Assembly (NCBI GenBank): GCA_012295275.1
Contig: CM022669.1
Location: 1,922,001-1,986,000 of the forward strand
DNA from: Chrysomallon squamiferum
Lineage: Eukaryota; Animalia; Mollusca
Length of the DNA: 64,000 nt
Reading direction: 5' to 3'
This document shows positions 42,315 to 55,388 of the stretch, one piece after another (position 1 is the stretch's first letter; each line of letters opens with the position of its first letter). The notes beneath the pieces are model-generated. The model saw only the letters and a list, made by a program, of their open reading frames with translations, was not told the origin of the DNA and ran no database searches. Made by a program: the position numbers and the translations under genes.

Positions 42315-45300
42315 TATATTATTATTTTCATTATCAATAAAAAAAAGTTTTTTTGTTATTTTGTTTTATGTACTCAAAGGACCTTTATATATGTTTGTTT
42401 AAACTCTTTTGTGTGTATGTATGTGAGTATGTGCAACAGTGCAAATATGTCAGTTTTTCTGTTGTGCATAGTCATCTGCTTTAAAATGTATTTATATATA
42501 TGTAGTTAAATTTTATACCATTATACTTGTGGTATTTTATATCTATATTTATTGTTGTAAACATGTCTCTTTTAGCAAGTTTCAAAGATTTCCTTGAGGA
42601 TATTGATTTGCTTTGCAAACATAGTGCAGCCATTTGTGATTCTTCTTTAAATCTTCTTGTCTTGGTGTTTATCATTGGTGCTGCAGACACACTAGAGTTA
42701 TAAAACCAAATTATAAATGTATACTTTTGATTTTATTTCAGATTCATATAATTAAAATATATAAATTTAATATATATGTTACTATGATGATAATATTTTA
42801 TTTTATTTTTTATTATTTTTTTCTCATTTATTTTGTATATTATTTAATGTTATTTATTTGTTTATTTTAATGTTTTAGTCACTTATTGTTCACACATTAT
42901 TTTTATAATTGTTCAGAAATGTAAACTAGAAATACTTTATTAGAGCTGTAGTTTTAAGAACATTAACACATTCTTCTTATTCTAGGTTCTGATACAGAGA
43001 AAGCACTACAGCTTCATGCAGCAGCAGCAGCATCTAAACAGAAGCACAAGGAAGAGACTGACAGTAATTCTCAATCAAATGGTTACCAGCCATCCTCGGT
43101 TACAATTCAAGTTATATCCAACGGGAATGTAGAATCACCTAAAAGTTCTCAGAGAACTGTCAGTCCTACCTACAGTCAGAAGACACAGGACACATTTATT
43201 GACAACCGCAACCGCAACACCAGCACGAGTTTAGGAAATGTGACAAATCAGAATATTTCAGCTAATTCTTTCAGTGCAAATGGAGAAGAAAATTCATTAT
43301 CAAATGAGGTAAAATAAAGAATTATTCTTTTTAAATTTCATTTTTGACACAGATTGTTAGAGGAACTTAAAATATGTCATATCAAGTTGTTCACTGTAGT
43401 TATTTCCATAACAAACAAATGTCTAATTTTGGCAACACAAAAATTAAATACTATTTAAACAAATAAAATTATATAAATCCTCTATTATACAAAGGAAATC
43501 TTAAAAGTTAAGGGAAGTAATCATTTAAAAAAAAAGTTTAGTGACTGTTATTAAATTTATATTTATTATTTGTAATGTTCTTATTTCTTTCATCCAAAAT
43601 ATACTATATGTATTTCAATAATTTATCTCACCAATTATTATTCATTTTTCTTAATTCTTTTTCTTTTTTTTTTAGTGTTTAGCAAATTCTGTATATCACT
43701 TGACAAATCAAACAGTTTTAAAAGCATTTAAAGAAATATCCATTAAACAGATGATTGTAATTGGTGAGATAAGTCTGTTGTATATTTCCTATTCCAATCA
43801 GAGCCCAAACGTTTTTCCAGGTCCATCACATAGAGTTGATAGCAAGTATTCTTTTTCATACATCATTATAAAAAATCTATTTGATGCCAAAGACTTATTA
43901 AAATTAGGAATACTCATATGGTACCTAATTATTATTTTTATAGAGACCAGAACTAGAAGAGGAGAGTGAGCCCTTGGACTTGTCCTGGCCAGACACAATA
44001 AGAAAACAAATTACTTACATTCTTGTAGCACCAATTATGTTTCCTCTGTGGATAACACTTCCAGATGTTCGTGTTCCGGTAAGCAAATGAATTGGAATTG
44101 AAAAAAAGAAGAATATGAATACTAATTATGAAAGAATAGCTTTTAGAATTGGTTTCACTTGGTGATAGACAAACACTGTAATGTCCATAATCACAAGTGG
44201 ATGCAGATGTAAATTTTATATTCTCAGTTTTATCTTCCAAACTTTACAGAACATTGATAAGATCATGCTTATTTAAAAAGAAAAACATTCAGGGCATTAT
44301 TGTAAGATATTAATCATTGTTGATGTGATGTATATGTACTCTATCTCTCTCTCATTTATGTGTATATATATCTATATGTAAATACACCCCACACACAAAC
44401 AAACACTTATATGTGTATATATATATATATATCATTTTCTAAACTAAAATAGTTATATAATATTTTGCACAATTCAGCTTATCATTATATTTGAAATATT
44501 ATTACAATAAGTCAAGCAGACATTAATAAAGATAATAAAAATAGTGTGTTTGTGTGTCTGTGTAACTCCGAAAATAACATATCCCAGACAATAGGCAGAT
44601 TAAATGCAACATGAAATTATTGCATATGACCTTCCTTTGAAATATTACTTTTCTAATAATGTATGTGTGTGAACTTTCCAATTAAATCAGAGTTCAAGTC
44701 AATTTCACTAAGATTAACTGACTCACAAATCTAACTAATATATTTAGTCCCTGGTGTTTTTGGTAAGATTAACTGAAAACGGTCAACTTTGTGATTAAAA
44801 TGTTAAAACCTATTCAGCTCTTGTCAGGTTGCAATTATCATACAAGGTTGGCAGCTTGCTTCACTAGCAGACAATAATTAGTCTGATTTGACTAAGATTA
44901 ATTGTTTTGTAAATGCATTGTTTTAATATCATGTGACAAACTGACATTTATTTTCTTTTTGCTGCAACAAACTGCATTCCAGCTATATTTTATAAATGTT
45001 ATATTTTAATCTGTGTTTTGTTTTAATAAAATATGACATATAGACAAAATATAGGAAAACAGGGACTCACATTTTTTTCCCCTACATTATCTCTGCAGTA
45101 GGGCTCTGTCTCTCTTTGTCTGTCTATATGTTTTTATATTAAAAAATGAATTTCCAATAAAGTTGCTTCTGCATGGAGAATAAAATCATAGTTGATTTCA
45201 GTCATCGGATCATACATGATTTCAGAAATTACAAAAGTCTGTTATACTTTTTCCGTTGCATCAGACATTACAATTCTTTTGAAGTCTGCTCAGAAAAAGA

Positions 45301-48300
45301 CAAAAAACAGTATGCAGCTTTTGTCATTTGAGCCATGGTTTGAGATGAAGTTCATTGTTAATTATCAAATATATTTATATTTCTTTAGGGTTCATAAAAA
45401 AAGAAACAAAGAAAGGAAATGTTATATATATATATCTGGGTGTGTATCCTGAATGTAAAAGTAACAGATGAATTATTTATTAGAAATTCTATGATTAATT
45501 ATTGAACTTTATTGTCATGGGTAATATGTATTAAACAGTAATTTAATTTTACTTTTTTTTTCGCTTTCAAACCCTCTTAATTTTTTTATTACCAGAAAGG
45601 AAGAGAATAGTGTTAGCCAAAAAATAATCATAAGTGTGAAAAACAACAACAAAAAGCAAAAAAATAATCTGTTAGATATACTTGAAATGCTTATTGAAAT
45701 GAAACATTTAAGACTGACTTATATTTGTTATCTTCTTTTTTTTTTTACTGCACTGCTTTAAATTTCAACTAACGTATACAAATAAAAATAATGTATTTTT
45801 TTATTTTTATGAAATCTTCTATGGCAGTAGGTTTGGTTTATGTATTTTTTCATTTTGTTTTGTTGATAATTTCACTTTACAAATTCAATTTAAAAAATCA
45901 GTGACATCAAAATAAACTGAAACTGTTAATATAACACACAACAATAAAATGAAGTAGCTGTACAGTAATATAAAGGCTTTGTCTACATGATTTTGTATTC
46001 TTCTTCTCCTTCTTCTTTGTTATACAGACAAAAATGAAACCATTGGAGAATACTCTAAAAAATAATTCAAAAATTTATTTCAGGAAAAGAGAAAATATTT
46101 TGTGGTGACATTCCTGGGAAGTATAATGTGGATTGCAGGTTTTTCATATCTCATGGTATGGTGGGCCAACCAGACTGGAGAAACAATTGGCATTCAGCCA
46201 GAGGTAAATAAACTGTAAATATGTATTTCTTAAAGAAATATTTTGTGAGGAGATATTAAAGCTATTCTAAAATATTTTCTCACCACATAAATAATTGTAA
46301 ATAATCAGTTAAAGGTCTTGAGACAACAACTTTTTATTTTATTCAGAACTATTTACTGAAATTATGTTTTGAACAAAAAATTGTTTTATTATATTATTAT
46401 TCAGCATCATGCATTTTATTTAAAAATTTCCAAATTACAACTGTATTTTCAAATATGTACTTACAAATCAAAAGCATTGTGAATTATAACTTTTATTAAA
46501 ATGACAGTGTGAAAGAAGTAATGAAAATGTTAACCATTGATATTGTCATGATCAGTATAACCACTGATAATTATAACAACACTGGTTTTAAGCTGATAAT
46601 GATGAAGTACTATTAGTATATTTTCCATTGATAAAAAGAGCATTTTTAAAATAGTTGATTATTTTATAATTTTTAAGACATATTTTCGTCTTTTTTGTCT
46701 GAATTTGTATATTAATTGTTTTTATTGTTTTTATTATTATTTTATTTTGAATTTTCGAATATATTTATTTATTATGATTTAAAAAAGAATTTTTTTTAAA
46801 TAAAAAAAGTATTATTTGTTAGGCCTATATCATTTTAAAAATATTTGGTTGTTTGTTATAGGTAATGGGTCTGACCATTCTAGCAGCAGGAACAAGCATT
46901 CCAGACTTAATAACGAGTGTTATTGTTGCAAAGAAAGGTTATGGTGACATGGCTGTATCAAGTTCTGTTGGGAGTAATATCTTTGATATCACTGTTGGGT
47001 AAGCTTAGACTACATTTTATTGCAAATGAACTGAAATATAAGTATTAAAAGAAGAAATCACTTGGTGTGGCTCTCAGTGCTTTTTCAAATGTTAGAAATG
47101 AATTGTTTTAAGAAATTAAAATTGCTTCCAGTTCCTTTTGTAATGAATTATAGTGAGAAACTAAGTGGGTTTCATTGGCTTGTAAAATAAGTAATTCTGG
47201 CAAGGAAGTGCAAAATTCTTAATAACTATTGTAGAAACTGATACCAATATCTCTTAGGTTCAATGGTATTTGTAAGTATATAGATTTACACTGGGTTTTT
47301 TCTAGAAAAAATTAAACTGTTTTCGATTATCTAGATTCAATCTCATCTAGAAAATGGTATTTCTAAAATATTTCAACATTTTTATTTTGGATTATGTGAT
47401 TTACTTACTGGGTTAATGTCATTGGGAGGGTCAGTTTATTGAATATACATGTAAGTGCTCATTAAATCATCAAATATGTGAATTGTTATAAATTTTATGG
47501 GTTGGCACAATGCAGAATGTGGTTCCTGAACTGTTAGCAGTATTTTGTTAGTGTATCCAATAAAATGGTAACCAGGCAACTAAATAAACATAGCAAAGCA
47601 CTGCTTATGTGTTTATCTGTTCATCAAGCAATATAATGATAAGTATTGGAATTTTCTCACAAGAATGCAGGTGAAAGCAAACATTAATGGTATGTTAATT
47701 AGAGATTGAGTGGTTTTAGCTTGTGGGCAGATCACAAATAGAAATCACCAAATTGATTTGTATATTGAATATAATGGGTTATTTTGTGTCTTTTTTTTCA
47801 TTTTTGCATTTTGTTTACAATAATTATTTTTGCGTATAAAATTTTTTGTTTTATATATATACTGTACCAAATAATTTTGGCAATTACATACAAGATATGA
47901 AATAGAGACAACCTGAATGGATGTTGAATTTATTTGTATACATTATTTCATTGAAACAGCATTTCTGAATGTAGCCAGCAGTAACATGTTGTCACGGTGT
48001 CAGTGTTGTTACTTTAATGTCAACTGATGAAATGGAGGGGTAGATCTACCAAAATGGTGTGTGAGGCTCAATAATGTTTGTGTGCACTAGTGGCATTGAT
48101 GACAGCAGTACATCGTCGTCTCATGCTTCTAATGTGAGCATTAATTTCAGGAACAGTAGTTGCGTTCCATTCCCAGTTCAGAGAAATTTATAGGTCATGG
48201 ACATTAAGGAAATGAGGATGGTCCAGTGCATGCTCAATTGGGGACAAGTGAGGGGACTTTGTTGGATGTGATTCTGCTCCAGAAGAGTAGTGGTTATCCT

Positions 48301-51300
48301 AATGGTATGCGGTCTAGCGTTGTCATGTTGAAACAGAATGCCAGGATGCTGCTGCAGGAGAGAAATGACCACTGGTGTAATGATCTTGCAGTAATGTTGA
48401 GCAGTCATGTTTCCATTAATGAAAATGAGATCTGTTTTACCTCCACCATGAATACCGACTCAGACCATGATGTTGCCACTGCCACATTGGTCATGCTGAA
48501 TGATGTCATCTGTATCATATTGTTCTCGCTGTTGCTTCCATACATGATGCCTACAATCCACAAACTGAACACAAAACTTGGATTCATCTGTGAATAATGT
48601 CTGATCTAAAAAAATATAATAATATGATTTGTGTGCATCACCACTATTGGTGTATTCTGGCCCAGTTCAGATGTTCCTGAATAGGACATCCTGTCAGGGG
48701 AATAGCTACAACAGTGCGACGTGCTTGTATTTCAGCAGCATGGAGATGGTTACAGGCAGTTTGAGCATGAATTCTAGTGCCTGTCTAGTGCTGCAAAGTC
48801 TAGGCTAAATGTGGAGCACTTTCAAATCTGTGATGTTGGGATGACATCACTAAATACTTATCTTCCCATGAAAGTACTAAGCAACATCGTGTATGTGTTG
48901 GCCTGCATTATACTGTCCGACTGCTTTGTGATGTTTATTTTCTGTTAAGCCTGGATGGTGATAGGATATATTCTTCCTTTTGTTTTTGGATAATGTTGGT
49001 TCAGTGCATCAAAATGTGATTTCATTACATCTGTATTGCATATGCTTCTGCAACAGCATGAACATACCACATTTGCACATGCAGTACATACAGAAATATG
49101 ACAAATGGTGTTCTTTTCATTACCCAAAGCAAGAGGGATTTTGCAAACTAACATATTACCAAGTTTTAACACTTTATTTTAATTTATTTGAGAGCAACAG
49201 TCATTTACAAAAACATGCTAAACTTTTATGATTAAGTATATATATATATATAAAATAAATAAATAAATAAAATAAAATAAAATAAAATCACACCAGATGT
49301 AAGCATGATTTTACATTAAAATTAACAATAAGAATGAAACATCATAAACAACAAATTGGATTAACATTATGTTGTATATTTAATATTTATCCAATATACC
49401 TTTGTTGAGAAGATTATTTTTACTAACATTAAGTCATGGGCTACATATAACATATGTGCACCCCCAAGCTTTTTAACAAACATATTTTTTTGAAGCTTTG
49501 GATTATCCTGTTTGAATATTATATCCAGCTAGGCAGAAGAAGACAAGCAACAGTGGTATCTTGTGAGCAGAAAACTGTTTGAAAACCAGTTTGTTGAAAA
49601 AAAATGTTCTAAAATGTTTCTGAAGTAAGACACGGCTATAAAATTGACAAGGTTTATGTTGCCATTTGTTACAGTTTTGTCAGATTGAAATTTTTTCTGC
49701 ACACTTGTAACTCTCCACATTTTCGACACATTTCTTTGATTCATGAATTAGAAATATCCTCCCTTTGCATTCCTCATCTGAGAATATGTTTAAATTTGAT
49801 AACTGAGACTTTTTTTTATCAAACAATATTTTTGAGAACTGAATGATAAATGTATTAATGTCTCAGTCTATATAAATCTTTTTTTGCAAAGATCAAGTAG
49901 GAGTTGATATATATTTTTACATCATTCATATTGTTATTATTATAAGCTTCAGAAATTCTGGCTTAGTTTTCAGTTCTATAATGACATGAATTCATTAGAT
50001 ATTTCTCTCTAGTCGGATATAACTTCCAAGTATGTTAGTAAAATAGAATGATCATATTTACTGATTATTAGAAGTAACATACTATCTTTCATGGAAATTC
50101 TACAAATATTTACTTTAGCAGTTTACCTGAATTATATTAAGGAATTATCTGATTTTGTTTATATAATATCCAATATTTTATATGCTCACCTAAAAAACAA
50201 ACTATGCATGTTGACATCTTCAGTATTTTGTTCATATCCATTTTAATGTAATTGAAAAATCATTGCGTGTACATGCCAAACTATACCATGCATTGCATGT
50301 GCATGTGCATTTTGTTTTGGATTGCTACATATCATGTGATGAAATACCATCGTGAATACAAATGACATTTTCACACTGCACCTGTCACAAAATTACCATC
50401 AGGGAGCAGGTGGGATGTTTTATGCTATGTCAGTGATTTGTGAACAATTGTTTGCAGGCCACTGATGCACCAATGAGGCCCAGCACTTTCAAGTGCTAAT
50501 GACCTATTAAATTAGGGCTCGTTTCTTGTCTAGGGATTGCGACTTTGGTGGACCCGCTGACTGTGTAATTAAGAAACTGTGACAATTGATTACAATAGAT
50601 ACATATATTTGCATATACTACAGATATAAACAATATATAATATCAAGTTCTATGAACACCAAAACAAACCATAATATTTATATTACAAAGATAATTATTT
50701 ATTTTACACATGTATACTTATTATTTTAGTGGTTGAGGAGGTGGGATGGCAGCATTAAATGAAATACTATAACTCTTAATTCTTTTAATTTTCCCTAACA
50801 GGATATGTCAGAAATATATATAATTCAAACTCTATATGGTACATCAAACTGATCAACAAATAACCAATTGACCCTGTTTACAAGTTAAACAAAGATAACA
50901 CAAAATGGGCTGTAACCACTTTGTTGCATATTATTGTTCTTATATAGAAATCACTGATGCATGCTAATCTCTAGTACAATAGGTGATTATGGTATAGTCT
51001 AATTCAATAAATAACTTCAGTCACTTAATCGTTCATTTTATTGCATGAGGCAGTAATTCGTCATTCACATAGTTAAAATTATAGTCATAACATTTGTTCA
51101 TTTTATTACATCTGGCAATGATTCACAATCATAACATTCACAGTTAAAAATTATAGGTCATTCATAATGTCCATTTTAACATTCACATAGTTAAAATTAT
51201 AGTCATAACATTCACTGTTTTATATATAAATTCAAATTCAAATATAAATTATATATCATTCAATATCATGATACAACTGTAGTTAAGGTTATTCATTTGA

Positions 51301-52828
51301 ACAGTTTTCATGTGAGTTGTGATTTCGAGAGATAAGATTAGATCAGGAAATTATAATGAGATTATAACTGCATCATATACTCGTATTTAGTGGAACAGCA
51401 TATAACCTCCCATGCAATGGACTGTTATATTAATCTGCTCAGGAGTCTGGCAAAGTGGGGGTAAACCCACACAATATAGTTACTGACTTAATTGCCTAAC
51501 AACGGCCACCAACTCCTCACTCCTACCTGTATCTTCTCTTTGTTCTTTGTGGTCTCTCTGTGTTTCCTGGGCTCTTTTGTCTTTTACTTAAATAACCATG
51601 TCGCGGACTTCCCTGAAGTCAGCAGAGCGTAGCTGACAAGCCTGTATCAGTGCCAGGACCAGGCACAAGTCCTACTGGTTTACATGAGCAGTCATGATTT
51701 TGAAGATTGTAAATTATTATTCATTGGTGACACCTGTATAACTGTAACCAAAATTGGTACTGTATCCCTTTTGTCATTATGTGCACAAAGTAGCTTAAGT
51801 ATAACTTTATATATTTCCTCCATCTAAACACTGGAAATCTGTGTTACATTATACACAATTTGACATGATGAAAACCAGACTAATTTCCACACATTTGTAT
51901 GTATGTGTCACACATTAAAATTGTAACCAGATTGTACATCCACACCTAGAATAATGAAGAATATATAACAGATGATAATTCACTGGTATTAATTTTATTT
52001 ACTGTTAAGTAATAAGTATATTATTTAGATTTAATATTGTTGTAAAACTGTAATATAATAATTTTGTGTCTCTGGCTTTAAATTTAAAAATATTTAAAAA
52101 AAAAAAAATGAAGCATGTAAATAGTGGTACTATTTTGTGAAATTTACTGATGGCTGGTAATAATATAATATTTCATTACTGATTTTAACAATTTTCATAC
52201 TAGTTATTGAGTTAGTCTTATTTAGAGGAGAAGGAATTGTCAGTAATGCACAACTTTTATGTTGAAATGCATTTAAGTTGATTTTAACAGTTCATTTGTA
52301 CTGATTCTGGGTGTTGGATTAATTTTAGGTTGCTTTGTTCAGAACATTTTTTAAATATGCCTGTCATTTTTGATTTTTACCTGAGCAAAAACAGATTAGT
52401 GGTTTGGAATGATTGAAGTGCTATATGTAAAGTCTTGAAGAATTAACATATTTGTAAAGCAATTTTCTTTGGATTTGCTAATATTGCTGAGAAGAAATGG
52501 AAATAAAAGAAAATAAATAACCAAATGTAAACTAGGATAATATTATTATATATAATGATTGGTATTTTATTCTTCTTTCAGATTGCCGTTACCATGGATT
52601 ATATTTACAGCCATCAACACTGGAGAGCCTTACAGTGTGACCAGTGATGGACTTCTCTGTTCCATAGTATTGCTCTTCTTGATGCTTTTAATTCTGATAA
52701 TAACTATTGCCAGTAGCAAATGGAAGCTAAGTAAAACTCTTGGTGGATGCATGTTTTTGTTTTATTTTGTTTTTGTTGCACTGAGCGTACTCTTGGAATT
52801 TCAAATTATTGTATGTCCTAGAGTATAG
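26213..52828 (+). CDS. SLC24A2: Sodium/potassium/calcium exchanger (NCKX, SLC24A1/2 / Nckx30C-like), 617 aa; core exons 26213-27001, 32567-32669, 42986-43308, 43944-44078, 46084-46203, 46862-46998, 52582-52828
   Basis: alpha-1 repeat ([16 protein letters not shown]...[12 protein letters not shown]), loop motif [17 protein letters not shown]...LWITLPDVR, alpha-2 repeat ([17 protein letters not shown]...[15 protein letters not shown]) and C-terminal IIVCPRV*. Acidic residues equivalent to NCKX2 E188, D548 and the K+-determining D575 are present. Exon lengths sum to 1854 nt in frame. Confidence 0.96.
27886..30253 (+). mobile_element. Non-autonomous Sola2-like DNA transposon, copy B (in an NCKX intron), inverted relative to copy A
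   Basis: Same termini; TSD CATA (27882-27885 / 30254-30257); interior near-identical to the reverse complement of copy A (identical 61-aa ORF at 28653-28838 and 3517-3702); remnant at ~29060-29830 reads [18 protein letters not shown] and [23 protein letters not shown]...[16 protein letters not shown]. Confidence 0.85.
32567..32669 (+). CDS. SLC24A2: NCKX exon ([34 protein letters not shown])
   Basis: ctttag / gtaagt boundaries; conserved QLMIxTLDPL loop motif. Confidence 0.92.
36610..42420 (+). repeat. Tandem duplication, ~2.9-kb unit x2 (about 36610-39525 and 39535-42420), inside an NCKX intron
   Basis: Colinear near-identical blocks offset by ~2.9 kb (e.g. 37252/40174, 38511/41408) with scattered SNPs and indels. 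Confidence 0.95.
42986..43308 (+). CDS. SLC24A2: NCKX cytoplasmic-loop exon ([19 protein letters not shown]...ENSLSNE)
   Basis: ttctag / gtaaaa boundaries, 323 nt open, phase 1 to phase 0. Confidence 0.88.
43944..44078 (+). CDS. SLC24A2: NCKX exon ([18 protein letters not shown]...[11 protein letters not shown])
   Basis: ttatag / gtaagc boundaries, conserved motif. Confidence 0.94.
46084..46203 (+). CDS. SLC24A2: NCKX exon ([40 protein letters not shown])
   Basis: tttcag / gtaaat boundaries, conserved motif. Confidence 0.95.
46862..46998 (+). CDS. SLC24A2: NCKX exon, alpha-2 repeat ([20 protein letters not shown]...[10 protein letters not shown])
   Basis: ttatag / gtaagc boundaries, conserved motif. 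Confidence 0.96.
47862..49236 (-). mobile_element. Degenerate Tc1/mariner element (Tc1-type DDE transposase pseudogene) in the last NCKX intron
   Basis: Minus-strand remnants [16 protein letters not shown] and LSPIEH with frameshifts and stops; weak TIRs flanked by TA runs. Confidence 0.85.
51030..51215. repeat. Degenerate minisatellite
   Basis: Recurring CATTCACATAGTTAAAATTATAGTCATAACATT. Confidence 0.65.
52582..52828 (+). CDS. SLC24A2: NCKX last coding exon (LPLPWIIF...IIVCPRV*)
   Basis: ctttcag acceptor, stop TAG 52826-52828; ORF 52559..52828. Confidence 0.95.
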
Positions 52829-54556
52829 CTGGCTGACCAGCCTGTTGATAGCACTAGGAAGTTGCTTGTTATGACTGGTTGAGCAGAAGGCAGTATCACT
52901 GTTTTTTGTATTTTTGTACTTTTGTTTCCTTTTGTTAAAATTTACTATGGAAGTGTAACTTATACAGACTGATAGAGAAAAATGTGTGTGTGTTTGTGGG
53001 AAAGCAAATTTTAATTAAGCTTTTAATAAAATTAATTTCAGTAGGCTTTTTAGTGATTAAAACAGGCATAAAATTGATTTTCAGTACCTGTATCAAATAC
53101 TCTCCTTTTTAAAAGGCTACTAATTTATGAGCTGCTTGAATCTTCACAGACTCATAGATATATTAATAAGAATTCCTGGAAGAAGTTATAACAACAGGCT
53201 TTAACAATAAATAAATAAGTTTACGATAATTCCAGAAAGAAAGAAAACTGGAATCTACAGAATTACAAAAAAAAACAAAAAAAACCACAAAGATAATGAG
53301 AGCTATGATAATTCTGTTAAAAAGAACAAAAAAAACCCAGCAATGAAATGAAACTGATGTTTGCAAGCCAAGGTCCTTTATATGCATGTTAAATAGTTTT
53401 TTGTATGTGAAATGAAGTCTGAAGTGCCTGTTAACATGTGTCTCTGATTTTAAGTGGCCTTTAATTAGAGTTTTGCCTAGTAACTTTCCTTGAAATTGTA
53501 AATATCTGTGTACAGAAATGCTTAATGTATTTATTTTTCTCTTTTTGTTTTTTAATTTAATTTTTTTTTTTTTTTTAAAGTATAATTTACAATACATTTT
53601 TTTATACAGGTGTTAATCTGATAAGGATAAAAAACCTATAATTTTTTTAAAGTTTAGTTCTGAGATAAATAATGATTTAAAAAAGTAAATAAATACGTAC
53701 ATTGGTCAATCATCCTTTAAACTCCTTAGAGGTGACAGATTTATGATCATACAGTTTGGTTATGAAGGATTCACTATGGTAGAGCACTGACATAGTTTAT
53801 TCATATAAGTTAGAATTTTTCCCCCTGGGCACCTCCTTATGAACCTGTGAGAATACAAGTCGAAAGTAAAAACTATATATTTATAATGTATAATTCTTAT
53901 AACTACTTTACATAATTTATTGTACTTCTGTCTAGGGGCCACAAATTTTAAATTTTATTGAAATGATGTTTTGAGAAATGATACATAAGAACCGCTGATT
54001 TAAGTAATAATCCATGAAGATATTTTTTGTTTTCAAACCTTCTTTCATTTCCAAGACAAAAGACAGTTAATAATGATGAATGGAAAATCTTTATTTTTTA
54101 TTTTTTTTATTGCATCTTATGGTTTTACATTGTACACACACACACTCACACACACACACACATATATATATCATTAGGGGTTCCATTATATGTATCGATC
54201 TTGATATATAGATAGATAGACTGATTATAGATGTAGATACAGTTTATTAATAGTACTCGATGTAAGTAGCCTACAAAATAACAATAATTTGCTGACTGTT
54301 TATTTAGTTTAAGTCATTTGATTGTCAGTCACCAACTAGATTTCTAGCCAACTTTTAATTATTGTTAATTGTTATTGCTTTCTTTTGGTGATATATATAC
54401 TGTTATATATTGGTACAGTAATATAATAATTTTTTGTACATGTCTGTTATTGTTTACTTGATATAAATTAGAAACCTGTGATGAGTAATTCTTTTATCAG
54501 TTAAAAGTTTGGCATATTTTTATGTTTCCTGTATAATGTACTGAATATTAAGAAGC

Positions 54557-54594
54557 TATTATTATTATTATTATTGTTATTATTATTATTATTA

Positions 54595-54651
<57 letters not shown>

Positions 54652-54655
54652 TATT
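54557..54655. repeat. (TAT)n microsatellite in the presumed NCKX 3' UTR
   Basis: Direct observation; a complementary (ATA)n run lies at ~55328-55386. Confidence 0.95.
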
Positions 54656-55327
54656 TATTTATTTTGTAAATATCTGTCAGTATTTAGACGACTAGGGCTT
54701 TCCTGTCATATAACTGCATATTTGTTGTCTTTATAATTTTCATTATAAATGCTACTTTATATTAGTAAGGCATATATATGTTACATATTACACATATAAT
54801 GGAACTCCTAAATGATCACAGAAATAATGAACAGATTTTGTTTTGTTCTCTGTATTTTGTATATTTTGTGTTTGTGTGCATGTGGTGCTTTCTTTTTCTA
54901 ATATGAAATAACAATAACACCCACTCTTCTACTTTGCTACCCTATCCATTGTTTTCCAGTCCAGCCATTTCTTAGTAAAACTTTTACCTAGATTTGGCTA
55001 TTTTGTACAACTATTCTTCATTATACTATATTAAGCTCTGTTTTGAAAGTGACAGAAATGCTCCATGAATTTGTTCTCATTTTATTATGCTTCCAGTTAT
55101 TAAATTACAAGCTTTCAATAAACAAGGGTACATTATAATGAAGAATAGCTTTAGAAGTGCTTTATTACAGGAAAACAGTTATGTTTAAGTTACTTGTCAC
55201 ATAATTATTATAGACTGTAACATTCTTTCTATCACTGTTAGTGTCTTAGAAAGACAAATCTTCAGTGATTAAAGCAGATTCTAAATTAAAACAATAATTA
55301 TTAGTGACTTTAACAATAATAACAGTG

Positions 55328-55388
<61 letters not shown>

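Noticed and set aside
51608-51645. CTGAAG followed by hairpin GTCAGC...GCTGAC as a hammerhead ribozyme
   Set aside because: Lacks the intact CUGANGA and GAAA core, and no stems I/III were seen; probably a decayed repeat fragment.
53163-53597. 144-aa minus-strand ORF and other F/I/Y/K-rich ORFs in the track
   Set aside because: Low-complexity translations of AT-rich UTR/intron DNA and microsatellites, with no splice or homology support.
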